Shown here: one piece after another, positions 27,562 through 35,742 of the stretch | Layout of the letters: every line of letters begins with the position of its first letter | How positions within the stretch are numbered: the first letter of the stretch is position 1 | Assembly (NCBI RefSeq): GCF_947497915.1 | Contig: NZ_CANMIJ010000001.1 | Location: 925,611 to 989,610, forward strand | Source of the DNA: an uncultured Erythrobacter sp. | GTDB taxonomy: Bacteria; Pseudomonadota; Alphaproteobacteria; Sphingomonadales; Sphingomonadaceae | DNA: 64,000 nt | Direction of reading: 5' to 3' | Translations under genes and position numbers: made by a program | The notes under the pieces: model-generated | The model's database searches: none | What the model was told of the DNA's origin: nothing | What the model saw: the letters and a program-made list of their open reading frames with translations, nothing else

Positions 27562-27678
27562 CGTTTGATCCTTTGAATTTTCCGCGCGCCTGATTGGGCT
27601 GCGCCCACGCTCCTTACATCCTCAAATTGCATTGGCCCCCAGCGCGCGGGCCGCATCCATATTAAGGCACCCTGTTCC

Positions 27679-30453
27679 ATGTTTGAATCCCTCATGAAAT
27701 CGGTCTTCGGCTCTTCGAATGATCGTTACATCAAATCGGTCGGAAAAATCGTCAATGAAATCAACGCGCTTGAGCCGCAGGTTCAGGCGCTCACTGATGA
27801 TGAATTGCGCGGTCAAACCGACAAATTCCGCGGTCTTCTGGATGCGGGAAGCTCGCTTGATGACATAATGCCGGAAGCATTTGCGACCATTCGTGAGGCA
27901 TCGGTGCGCGTGTTTGGCATGCGCCACTTCGATGTCCAACTGATTGGCGGCATCGTGCTGCATCGCGGCGAGATCGCCGAAATGCGCACGGGTGAGGGTA
28001 AGACCCTGATGGCGACGCTTGCCGTGTATCTCAACGCGATTGAGGGCAAGGGCGTGCACGTTGTGACCGTCAACGATTACCTCGCTGCGCGCGATGCGGA
28101 ATGGATGGGCCAACTGTATAACTGGATGGGCCTCACCATCGGTATCGTCGTTCCGAATATGGACGAGCTTTCCAAACGCGATGCTTACAATGCCGACATC
28201 ACATACGGCACAAACAACGAATACGGTTTCGATTATCTGCGCGACAATATGAAGCACGAACGCGCCCAGATGGTGCAGCGTCCATTTAACTTTGCGATTG
28301 TTGATGAGGTCGATTCCATCCTGATCGACGAAGCGCGTACCCCATTGATCATTTCCGGCCCGACAGAAGACAAGTCCGACCTTTACGTCGCGCTTGATGA
28401 AGTTGCGAAGGAGATCCCGGAGGATTGGTATGACAAGGATGAAAAAGCCAAAAGCATCCAACTCAACGAAGACGGTCTCGACAAGGTCGAAGCGCTGCTG
28501 ATCGAAAAAGGCCTGCTGGAAACAGAGAACCTTTACGACGTGGAAAACACGCAGGTCGTCCATCACCTCGATCAGGCTCTCAAAGCCGTCCACATGTTCA
28601 AACGCGATGACAGCTACATCGTGAAAGACGACAAAGTCGTTATCATCGACGAGTTTACCGGTCGGATGATGGACGGTCGCCGTTGGTCCAACGGTCTGCA
28701 TCAGGCTGTCGAAGCCAAAGAAGGTGTGAAGATCGAGCCTGAAAACCAGACAATGGCATCGATCACATTCCAGAACTTTTTCCGGATGTATCCGAAACTG
28801 TCCGGCATGACCGGCACAGCCGCCACCGAAGCGGCGGAATTCTGGGACATCTACAGCGTCAATTGCGTTGAGATCCCCACCAACCTTCCCGTCGCGCGGA
28901 TCGATGAAGAAGACGAGTTCTACAAGAACACGATGGATAAGTTCGCTGCTATTGCGAAGGCGATCAAAGAAAAGAACGAGATTGGTCAGCCGGTTCTGGT
29001 TGGTACGGTTTCAATCGAGAAATCCGAACTGCTCAGCCAGTTCCTCGATAAAGAGAATGTGAAGCACGAAGTGTTGAACGCACGCCAGCACGAGCGTGAG
29101 GCGCATATTGTGGCGCAAGCAGGCCGTTTGGGCGCGGTGACCATCGCGACCAACATGGCGGGCCGAGGCACCGATATTCAGCTTGGCGGCAACCTCGATT
29201 TCCGGATTGAAGACGAAACTGGCGGCATGGACGACGGCGCTGAAAAAGACGCTGCAATCGCCAAGATCAAAGAAGTCGTCGCTGAAGAAAAGCAGAAGGT
29301 GCTCGAAGCGGGCGGCCTGTTCGTTCTCGGCACAGAGCGGCATGAAAGCCGCCGCATCGACAATCAGCTGCGCGGCCGTTCTGGCCGTCAGGGTGACCCC
29401 GGTCTTTCGCGGTTCTACCTCTGCCTCGAAGACGATCTGCTGCGCATCTTTGGCCCGGACACGCTGTTTTCCAAAATGATGAATTCCAACCTCGAAGATG
29501 GCGAGGCGATTGGCTCCAAATGGCTTTCAAAAGCCATCGAGACCGCTCAGAAGAAGGTTGAGGCCCGCAACTACGACACGCGTAAGCAAGTCGTGCAATA
29601 CGACGATGTGATGAACGACCAGCGCAAGGTCATTTATGAGCAACGCGGTGAGATCATGGAAGCCGAAACGGTCGATGAGGTCGTGCTGGATATGCGCCAC
29701 GATTCGATCAATTCGATTGTTGCGACCTCGTGCCCTCCCGGCTCCTATCCCGAGCAATGGGATGTTGAAGGGCTGAAGGCCAAAGTTCAGGAAGTCTTTG
29801 GCTTCACGTTGCCATTTGATGAGTGGATCAATGAAGATCAGGTTGAACCGGAAATCTTTGAAGAGCGTCTCCGCGAAAAAACCGATGCGATGATGGAAGA
29901 AAAGGTCGCGAAAAACGATTCCGCGATCTGGCGTCTCGTTGAAAAAGACGTGCTTCTGCGTCAGCTCGACTTTCACTGGAAAGAACACCTCGCGACGCTT
30001 GATGCGCTGCGTCAGGTGATCTGGATGCGCGGCATCGCTCAGAAACAGCCGATCAATGAATACAAGCAGGAAGCGTTCGGCCTGTTCGAGACGATGCTGG
30101 ATAACCTGCGCGAGGAAGTGACCAAGATCCTGTTCAAATCGGAACTGCAGATTGCTCAGCCTGAAACCGAGGCGCTGCCTGATCTGCCAGACTTCCTGAC
30201 CGGGCACATCGATCCTCTGACGGGGCTCGACAACTCCAATGATGGCGATGGTTCGGCTGAACGACCCGAACTGTTCGGATCGCTTGCGGGATCGCCGCGC
30301 GCGGGCTCCGGCCCGGGCGGTGCGAACCCGGATAACCCGTATGCGAACCTGAATGTCAGCCGCAATGCACCATGCCCATGCGGCAGTGGCAATAAGTATA
30401 AGCATTGCCACGGCGCTGCGACTGGCACGGGCGCAAAGCTCAACGCGGAATGA
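27679..30453 (+). CDS. secA: Preprotein translocase ATPase SecA
   Basis: [73 protein letters not shown] and [18 protein letters not shown] motifs. Confidence 0.99.
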   Translation: MFESLMKSVFGSSNDRYIKSVGKIVNEINALEPQVQALTDDELRGQTDKFRGLLDAGSSLDDIMPEAFATIREASVRVFGMRHFDVQLIGGIVLHRGEIAEMRTGEGKTLMATLAVYLNAIEGKGVHVVTVNDYLAARDAEWMGQLYNWMGLTIGIVVPNMDELSKRDAYNADITYGTNNEYGFDYLRDNMKHERAQMVQRPFNFAIVDEVDSILIDEARTPLIISGPTEDKSDLYVALDEVAKEIPEDWYDKDEKAKSIQLNEDGLDKVEALLIEKGLLETENLYDVENTQVVHHLDQALKAVHMFKRDDSYIVKDDKVVIIDEFTGRMMDGRRWSNGLHQAVEAKEGVKIEPENQTMASITFQNFFRMYPKLSGMTGTAATEAAEFWDIYSVNCVEIPTNLPVARIDEEDEFYKNTMDKFAAIAKAIKEKNEIGQPVLVGTVSIEKSELLSQFLDKENVKHEVLNARQHEREAHIVAQAGRLGAVTIATNMAGRGTDIQLGGNLDFRIEDETGGMDDGAEKDAAIAKIKEVVAEEKQKVLEAGGLFVLGTERHESRRIDNQLRGRSGRQGDPGLSRFYLCLEDDLLRIFGPDTLFSKMMNSNLEDGEAIGSKWLSKAIETAQKKVEARNYDTRKQVVQYDDVMNDQRKVIYEQRGEIMEAETVDEVVLDMRHDSINSIVATSCPPGSYPEQWDVEGLKAKVQEVFGFTLPFDEWINEDQVEPEIFEERLREKTDAMMEEKVAKNDSAIWRLVEKDVLLRQLDFHWKEHLATLDALRQVIWMRGIAQKQPINEYKQEAFGLFETMLDNLREEVTKILFKSELQIAQPETEALPDLPDFLTGHIDPLTGLDNSNDGDGSAERPELFGSLAGSPRAGSGPGGANPDNPYANLNVSRNAPCPCGSGNKYKHCHGAATGTGAKLNAE

Positions 30454-30476
30454 TGGGCTAAGGGAGCGCGGACGCA

Positions 30477-31241
30477 ATGATCGGAGCGGTTCCGGCGCTA
30501 TTGGCGCTCGCCTTTCTGATCACCGCGCTGCTTTATGCCAGCGTCGGATTCGGCGGGGGGTCAACCTACGCCGCTTTGCTGGCGATTTCTGGCCTTGATT
30601 ACCGGCTGCTGCCGATGGTCGCACTCGCGTGTAATATCGTCGTGGTGGCTGGCGGAACCGTGCGATTTGCGCGGGCCGGCATCATTCCGTGGCGCGCCGC
30701 TTTGTTGATGACGGCGTTTGCCGCGCCCGCTGCGCTGCTAGGCGGCCTCACACCAATTGGTGAGGGCAGTTTTATGCTGTTGCTCGGTGCGAGCCTTGTC
30801 CTGACGGCTATCACGATGCTGATCCCTGTCCGCGAGGGGCAGAAAATGGTGGCAGACGGCCCAAGCCGTGTCGCAGCCGCCATGCCAGTCATCGCTGCGC
30901 CGCTGGGCTATTTGGCGGGTCTTGTTGGCATAGGGGGCGGCATTTTCCTAGCACCATTACTGCACCTGACACGATGGAAAGACGCGCGCGCCATCGCCGC
31001 AACTGCGAGCTTGTTTATCCTCGTCAATTCGATGTTCGGATTGATCGGTCAGCTTATAAAGCAAGGCCCCGGAGCATTTGGCGGCGCTATTGGCGCGGCG
31101 CTCCCCTTACTGATCGCGGTCGCTATCGGTGGGCAAATCGGCAGCCTAATGGCCGTAAAAGTGCTGCCCGGGCGCTGGATCAGGTGGCTAACCGCGGCGC
31201 TCGTTCTGGTGGTGGGCGTGCGATTGTTGGCCGAGAGTTAG
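30477..31241 (+). CDS. Sulfite exporter TauE/SafE family membrane protein
   Basis: Hydrophobic; repeated GFGGGS / GLVGIGGGIFLAP motifs. Confidence 0.85.
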   Translation: MIGAVPALLALAFLITALLYASVGFGGGSTYAALLAISGLDYRLLPMVALACNIVVVAGGTVRFARAGIIPWRAALLMTAFAAPAALLGGLTPIGEGSFMLLLGASLVLTAITMLIPVREGQKMVADGPSRVAAAMPVIAAPLGYLAGLVGIGGGIFLAPLLHLTRWKDARAIAATASLFILVNSMFGLIGQLIKQGPGAFGGAIGAALPLLIAVAIGGQIGSLMAVKVLPGRWIRWLTAALVLVVGVRLLAES

Positions 31242-31268
31242 CCCGCCCAATCGCTTGCAAATTGTAAG

Positions 31269-31317
31269 AAAATGGCTCCCCGAGTTGGATTCGAACCAAC
31301 GACCAAGTGATTAACAG
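31269..31317 (-). repeat. att-site direct repeat: 49-bp copy of the tRNA-Asn 3' half
   Basis: AAAATGGCTCCCCGAGTTGGATTCGAACCAACGACCAAGTGATTAACAG is identical to 32518-32566; identity ends exactly at the anticodon loop. Confidence 0.95.
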
Positions 31318-31513
31318 AGAGTCTGGTCGCTTATATGAAACAGCGGGTTATGCTGACAATATGATTCACGCGCATATGGTCTTCGGCAGCAAGGTTTTGA
31401 AACTAAGCGAGAAAAGTTGAACCCGTCCAGCGAACGGATTTTAGCGACTAGAAAAGCGACTAATCCACAACCCTCAGTTGCAGGATTTCTGATGTGTGAT
31501 TCAATGGAATCAT

Positions 31514-31879
31514 ATGAAAAGAGAAATCAAATTTAGGGTTTGGGACAAAGCTTCAAATCAGATGTTAGATAACGATTGCCTGCTTCATGGTGATTATGGG
31601 GAGTGGCCACGCATAGTTTTTGCATTAAATGGCGAAGACGCGGACTACACCCTTATGCAGTTCACCGGCCTGACCGACAAGAACGGCACTGAGATTTATG
31701 AAGGCGACGTTGTAGAGCTGCACGGTCAGCTATTTGCTGCCGTTTATGATGCACCACAGTTTTGGCTTTCAAAAGATGGTTCTCCCGACGGACTAGAAGA
31801 CACTTTCTACTCAGACAGTGGGATGCTCTACGAGGTTGTCGGAAACGTCTACGAGAACCCGGAATTACTTAGAACATAA
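31514..31879 (+). CDS. YopX family phage protein
   Basis: MKREIKFRVWD...LMQFTGLTDKNGTEIYEGDVV...EVVGNVYENPELL is the characteristic YopX signature. Confidence 0.9.
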   Translation: MKREIKFRVWDKASNQMLDNDCLLHGDYGEWPRIVFALNGEDADYTLMQFTGLTDKNGTEIYEGDVVELHGQLFAAVYDAPQFWLSKDGSPDGLEDTFYSDSGMLYEVVGNVYENPELLRT

Positions 31880-31936
31880 AAACAAGCCCCGATTTTTGGT
31901 TTATCGGGCCCGTACTGCTTGTGACTGTAACAGGTT

Positions 31937-32140
31937 TTATGTGAGGCTCTTTTCGCCTGCAGCGATTCGAGCTTCGACTTCCATAATCAGGATGTCATCT
32001 TCAACCTGCTCCAACAAAGATTTGTCGTCAATCACCTGACTGTCTGTGACTTCAAACGATGAGTCTTCTTTTTGTTCTGTACATGAAGTGAGCGTGAACG
32101 CGCTGCCGATGATCGCAGCCGCAACTTTGATGTTACGCAT
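31937..32140 (-). CDS. Small putative lipoprotein (element cargo)
   Basis: MRNIKVAAAIIGSAFTLTS|C lipobox and acidic mature part; 67 aa from ATG 32140. Confidence 0.6.
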   Translation of the reverse strand: MRNIKVAAAIIGSAFTLTSCTEQKEDSSFEVTDSQVIDDKSLLEQVEDDILIMEVEARIAAGEKSLT

Positions 32141-32521
32141 ATTGCTTCCACTGTTGGGCACCATTGGTGCAGTTGAAAAACGAAGCTATTCTTTATCTTA
32201 CGACCAACCAGCAATAATGCAATGTCAATACTCTATCCGCTCTTTTGGAGAAGATCGCAGAGAATGTGGTTCCTATCCTTCCTGAGTGGACTGAGCAAAT
32301 CAGCAACTCCAAAAAGGGCAATCTTAGACCGCTTCATTGTCACAGGTAGGTCCGGAGCTCTCTACCCACCAGACATGGTTGCCATCCGTCCCCATGTCAA
32401 AGGTGAAATAAGCACAGTGGGATATGATGATTTTGCGGCAGAGAGGTCTGTCCCGCCCCTGAATTCCAGCGACTAAAATGAGACTAGGCTCACTCTTTTC
32501 CTCGCTAAGCCTCTGAAAAAA

Positions 32522-32596
32522 TGGCTCCCCGAGTTGGATTCGAACCAACGACCAAGTGATTAACAGTCACCTACTCTACCGCTGAGCTATCGGGGA
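32522..32596 (-). tRNA. tRNA-Asn(GTT)
   Basis: Reverse complement TCCCCGA-TAGCTCAGCGGTAGAGT-AGGTGA-CTGTTAA-TCACT-TGGTC-GTTGGTTCGAATCCAAC-TCGGGGA-GCCA. Confidence 0.97.
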
Positions 32597-32630
32597 ACAT
32601 CACCGGGTTGTCTCTCCGGTGCGAGCAGCG

Positions 32631-32659
32631 CCTATATGGGGCTGCGGATTTCAATGCAA
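32631..32659 (-). promoter_or_regulatory. Candidate sigma70 promoter of tRNA-Asn
   Basis: TTGCAT-N17-TATAGG on the minus strand about 35 nt upstream of the tRNA. Confidence 0.55.
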
Positions 32660-32680
32660 GAGGATTTGGCTGGAAAAAGC

Positions 32681-33499
32681 TCAATCCGTGGCAAATTGTT
32701 CGGAGACAATCCGTTCTTCCAGCGACTGGCCGGGATCAAACAGCAATTCTAGCTCCGTATCACGCGCAATTTCCAGCGTAACTTCGGAAATATCGCGCAA
32801 TTCTTTCTGATCGGCCACGGCAGCGACAGGACGCTTTTCGTGATCCAGTACGCGTAGCTTGATGCGCATCCGGTCCGGCAGGATCGCTCCGCGCCAGCGT
32901 CGGGGCCGGAACGGGCTGATTGGGGTTAGTGCGAGCAGCTCACTGTCCAGCGGCAGAATCGGGCCATTGGCGGAGAAATTATAGGCGGTTGAGCCAGCGG
33001 GCGTGGAAACCAGCACACCGTCGCCCACCAATTCTTTAATCCGTACGCGGCTGCCAACGGTAATCTCGATTTTCGCCGTCTGGCGCGTCTCACGAAGGAG
33101 GGAGACTTCGTTGATTGCACAGAGGGTCTGCGTCTCGCCCCCTTGCAACACCGCCTCCATACGCAGCGGCGCGATGCTTTTGCGGTGCGCCTTTGCCAAA
33201 CGGTTCGCGATAACGGCGCGCTTGTCATAGCGGTTCATGAGAAAGCCGACTGTGCCCAGATTCATCCCGTAGGCAGGAATGATCCGGCCGGCATCCAGCA
33301 TCGCATGGAGTGTCTGCAGCATGAAGCCATCACCGCCTAGAACAACGGCAACGTCCGCTTCCTCAATCGGAATCCATTCAGTCTGGCCGAGCAGCGCCTG
33401 ATACGCCTCCTGCGCGCGCGGCGTGTCTGATGCCAGCAGAGCCATTTTGGCGAACGGATTGGTAAGCCCGTTGGTCGCGCCATTGGTCGCAGTTGTCAT
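32681..33499 (-). CDS. NAD kinase
   Basis: VLGGDGFML, GMNLGTVGFLMN, AINEV, GDGVLVSTPAGSTAYNFSANGP motifs. Start uncertain (33499 or the downstream MALLAS). Confidence 0.93.
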   Translation of the reverse strand: MTTATNGATNGLTNPFAKMALLASDTPRAQEAYQALLGQTEWIPIEEADVAVVLGGDGFMLQTLHAMLDAGRIIPAYGMNLGTVGFLMNRYDKRAVIANRLAKAHRKSIAPLRMEAVLQGGETQTLCAINEVSLLRETRQTAKIEITVGSRVRIKELVGDGVLVSTPAGSTAYNFSANGPILPLDSELLALTPISPFRPRRWRGAILPDRMRIKLRVLDHEKRPVAAVADQKELRDISEVTLEIARDTELELLFDPGQSLEERIVSEQFATD

Positions 33500-33673
33500 A
33501 AGCCTCGTCCGGCTCCCCTCAATCATAGTCCCGCTGCCTGTCATACAGGCCCTATCAGCCGCCGCGATCCCAAACGGCCCCGAAAACCTATAGTCACTTA
33601 TCCTGATGTTCCAATTTCGGTCGGATTGCAATTGATGTGAGTATTCGCAAAACTATGCCACTATAGCGAACCT

Positions 33674-34516
33674 ATGAAATCGAACCCGACCTCTTTGACC
33701 CATTCCTTGCGCGAGCCGACCCGTGGGTCGTTTCCCGGCGTGAAGGAATCGGCGCTGGATAGCGATTTGCTGCGCGCGCTCGACCGGTCAGAGATCGAAG
33801 TTCTGTTCCAGCCGCAATTCTCCGGCGCAACGGGCGCTGTTGTTGGTGCAGAGGCGTTGGCGCGATGGCAGCATCCGACTTTGGGAGAGATCGGTGCACG
33901 CGATCTGTTTGCGATTGCAGAGAGGGCCGCGCTGGTCGCGCCGTTATCTCGCCACGTGGTCGCCCGCGCTCTTGATGATGCGCAAAGCTGGCCTGAACAT
34001 TTGAGCCTATCGCTCAATATTACTCCCGAGGAAATGGGCGATCCACGCTTTGCATCAGACTTTGCGGAATTAATCGGGAAAAGCGAAATCGCGCCATCGC
34101 GGTTGATGCTGGAGATCACAGAGGATTTGCTGCTGCGTAACCTTAAGCAGGCGAGTGAGGCGCTGGGGGCGCTGCGTTCGCTTGGCTTTCGCACGGCGCT
34201 CGATGATTTTGGCGCGGGTTTCTGCAATTTTCGGTATCTGCGCGAATTGCCGCTCGACGCGATTAAGCTCGACAAGATTATGGTCGACGGTGTTCCGGGT
34301 GATCACAAAGCGCTTGCCGTGCTGCGCGCTATTATCGCGCTCGCCAGGGCGCTTGAACTCGATATCTATGCAGAGGGCATCGAAAGCGAGATCCAGCGCG
34401 CCGCTATTATTTCCGAAGGGTGCGAGTATTGGCAGGGATTTCTACGCGCACAGCCAATGAAAAGCGGCGATGTGCTTGAACTGGCCAAGACGGCGCGCGG
34501 ACGCGGGCACGGATAG
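33674..34516 (+). CDS. Stand-alone EAL domain c-di-GMP phosphodiesterase
   Basis: FQPQ, GAEALARW, LNIT, LEITE, ALDDFGAG, IKLDK, AEGIE and QG motifs; no GGDEF or sensor domain seen. Confidence 0.9.
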   Translation: MKSNPTSLTHSLREPTRGSFPGVKESALDSDLLRALDRSEIEVLFQPQFSGATGAVVGAEALARWQHPTLGEIGARDLFAIAERAALVAPLSRHVVARALDDAQSWPEHLSLSLNITPEEMGDPRFASDFAELIGKSEIAPSRLMLEITEDLLLRNLKQASEALGALRSLGFRTALDDFGAGFCNFRYLRELPLDAIKLDKIMVDGVPGDHKALAVLRAIIALARALELDIYAEGIESEIQRAAIISEGCEYWQGFLRAQPMKSGDVLELAKTARGRGHG

Positions 34517-34615
34517 ATCGGAAAGATCAATCCGGTAACTTGACCAGCGCGGACCACTCTTTTGGTTGCTAGACCACGCAATTAAGACCTAAGTTCGATT
34601 GAAACTATAGGTGTA

Positions 34616-35713
34616 TTGATGGCCGATACTCGACCGACTTATCAGATTTCATCGCCGTCGATCCGGCCTTACGTTCAGCCATTATGGCCCGGAGCACTGG
34701 TGACGCCGTTTGAATCGCGCGATTCTGATGGCCGCAGGATCGGCCCGAATGATGATCACGTATCCGGGCGGCATTTGCTGCTGATGTTCCTGAGCGATCC
34801 GCAAGGCGAGCAGGCAGTTCAATTGCTGCGATCTCTGGCCGAGCTTGAACCACAATTCGATGCTGCGAACATTACAGTGATCGCGATGAGCGCGTCGAGC
34901 GACGCCGCGCGAAACAAGGAGTTAAAGCGGGTAGCAGGTTTCCCATGGCCGATTGCGTGCGATTCATCAGGCGCCATTTTTGCCGCGTTCGGGCTTCATA
35001 AGGGAGGCGATCTGGCGAGCCGTCTTGTGCTGGTAACGCCATACCGCCAGATTCGCGCGTGGTTTGATCTAGAGGGGGAGGCCGGCGCATCGCTGGCTAC
35101 GATTATGGATTTGGTGAAAAACACTCAGGCTTCCGAAGAATTACGCTGGAGCACGCCGCACGCACCCGTCCTGATGGTACCAAATGTATTGTCTGCCGAA
35201 GAGTGCGCCAAGCTTGTCGAATCGGTTGAAACGGACACTCCCTTTCTGGTCCGACCTCCGCAAGCTGGAGAGGTTGCAGGCAATTACACAATCCCGGTCT
35301 ATGAATATGACCGGCAAGACCGTGTGGATCTGATCTTGAAGGACCAGAACACATTGGCGCTCCTCGATGAGCGGATCTTTGGACGAGTTGCACCGATGAT
35401 CAAGAAGGCGTTCGCGTTCGATGTGACCCGCCGCGAGCAGTTACATATCGCCCGTTATGTCGGCGCGCGTGAAGGCTTTGCGATTGGCCACCGCGACAAC
35501 ACCAGTCCGGCTGGCGCGCACCGGCGGTTCGCTTTGTCGATGAGCCTGAATGACGATTACGAAGGCGGCGGAATCGCGTTCAAGGAATTCAGTCCGAATG
35601 GATACAGAGTGCCTGCGGGCACAGCGATGGTGTTCTCTTCGTCATTGCTTCACGAAGTGCAGGAAACGACATCTGGCGTTCGCTACAACCTGATATCCCA
35701 CCTTTTCAGCTAA
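34616..35713 (+). CDS. Fusion of an AhpC/TSA-like redoxin fold and a 2OG-Fe(II) oxygenase domain
   Basis: N-half PGALVTPF...GRHLLLMF...FPWPIACDSSGAIFAAFG...LVLVTPYRQI is redoxin-like. C-half HRD...FALSMSLNDDYEGG...FSSSLLHEV...GVRYNL has the HxD...H triad plus the 2OG-binding Arg. Confidence 0.8.
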   Translation: MMADTRPTYQISSPSIRPYVQPLWPGALVTPFESRDSDGRRIGPNDDHVSGRHLLLMFLSDPQGEQAVQLLRSLAELEPQFDAANITVIAMSASSDAARNKELKRVAGFPWPIACDSSGAIFAAFGLHKGGDLASRLVLVTPYRQIRAWFDLEGEAGASLATIMDLVKNTQASEELRWSTPHAPVLMVPNVLSAEECAKLVESVETDTPFLVRPPQAGEVAGNYTIPVYEYDRQDRVDLILKDQNTLALLDERIFGRVAPMIKKAFAFDVTRREQLHIARYVGAREGFAIGHRDNTSPAGAHRRFALSMSLNDDYEGGGIAFKEFSPNGYRVPAGTAMVFSSSLLHEVQETTSGVRYNLISHLFS

Positions 35714-35742
35714 GGCGGGTAATCAGGCGCCTAAGCCACCGC

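Larger units (their letters stand above)
31269..32566. mobile_element. Miniature integrase-less integrated element or prophage remnant at tRNA-Asn (repeat-to-repeat 1,249 bp)
   Basis: Flanked by the 49-bp tRNA 3' duplication, visibly more AT-rich than its flanks, carries a phage-type YopX gene, and has repeated AGCGACTA motifs near both ends. Confidence 0.85.

Noticed and set aside
29527-30477. Long antisense ORFs over secA, mfd, addA, BCKDH and others in the six-frame track
   Set aside because: Expected shadow ORFs in high-GC coding DNA; they have no motifs or RBS.
32222-32476. 84-aa ORF inside the mini-element
   Set aside because: No recognisable motif, a weak RBS, and its 3' end overlaps the arm-like repeats; I found no integrase remnant in this stretch. 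It cannot be supported without a homology search.
33455-33499. Three TNG/TNP repeats at the NAD kinase N-terminus (12-nt period)
   Set aside because: A short, imperfect low-complexity extension, possibly upstream of the true start; not a contingency repeat or array.
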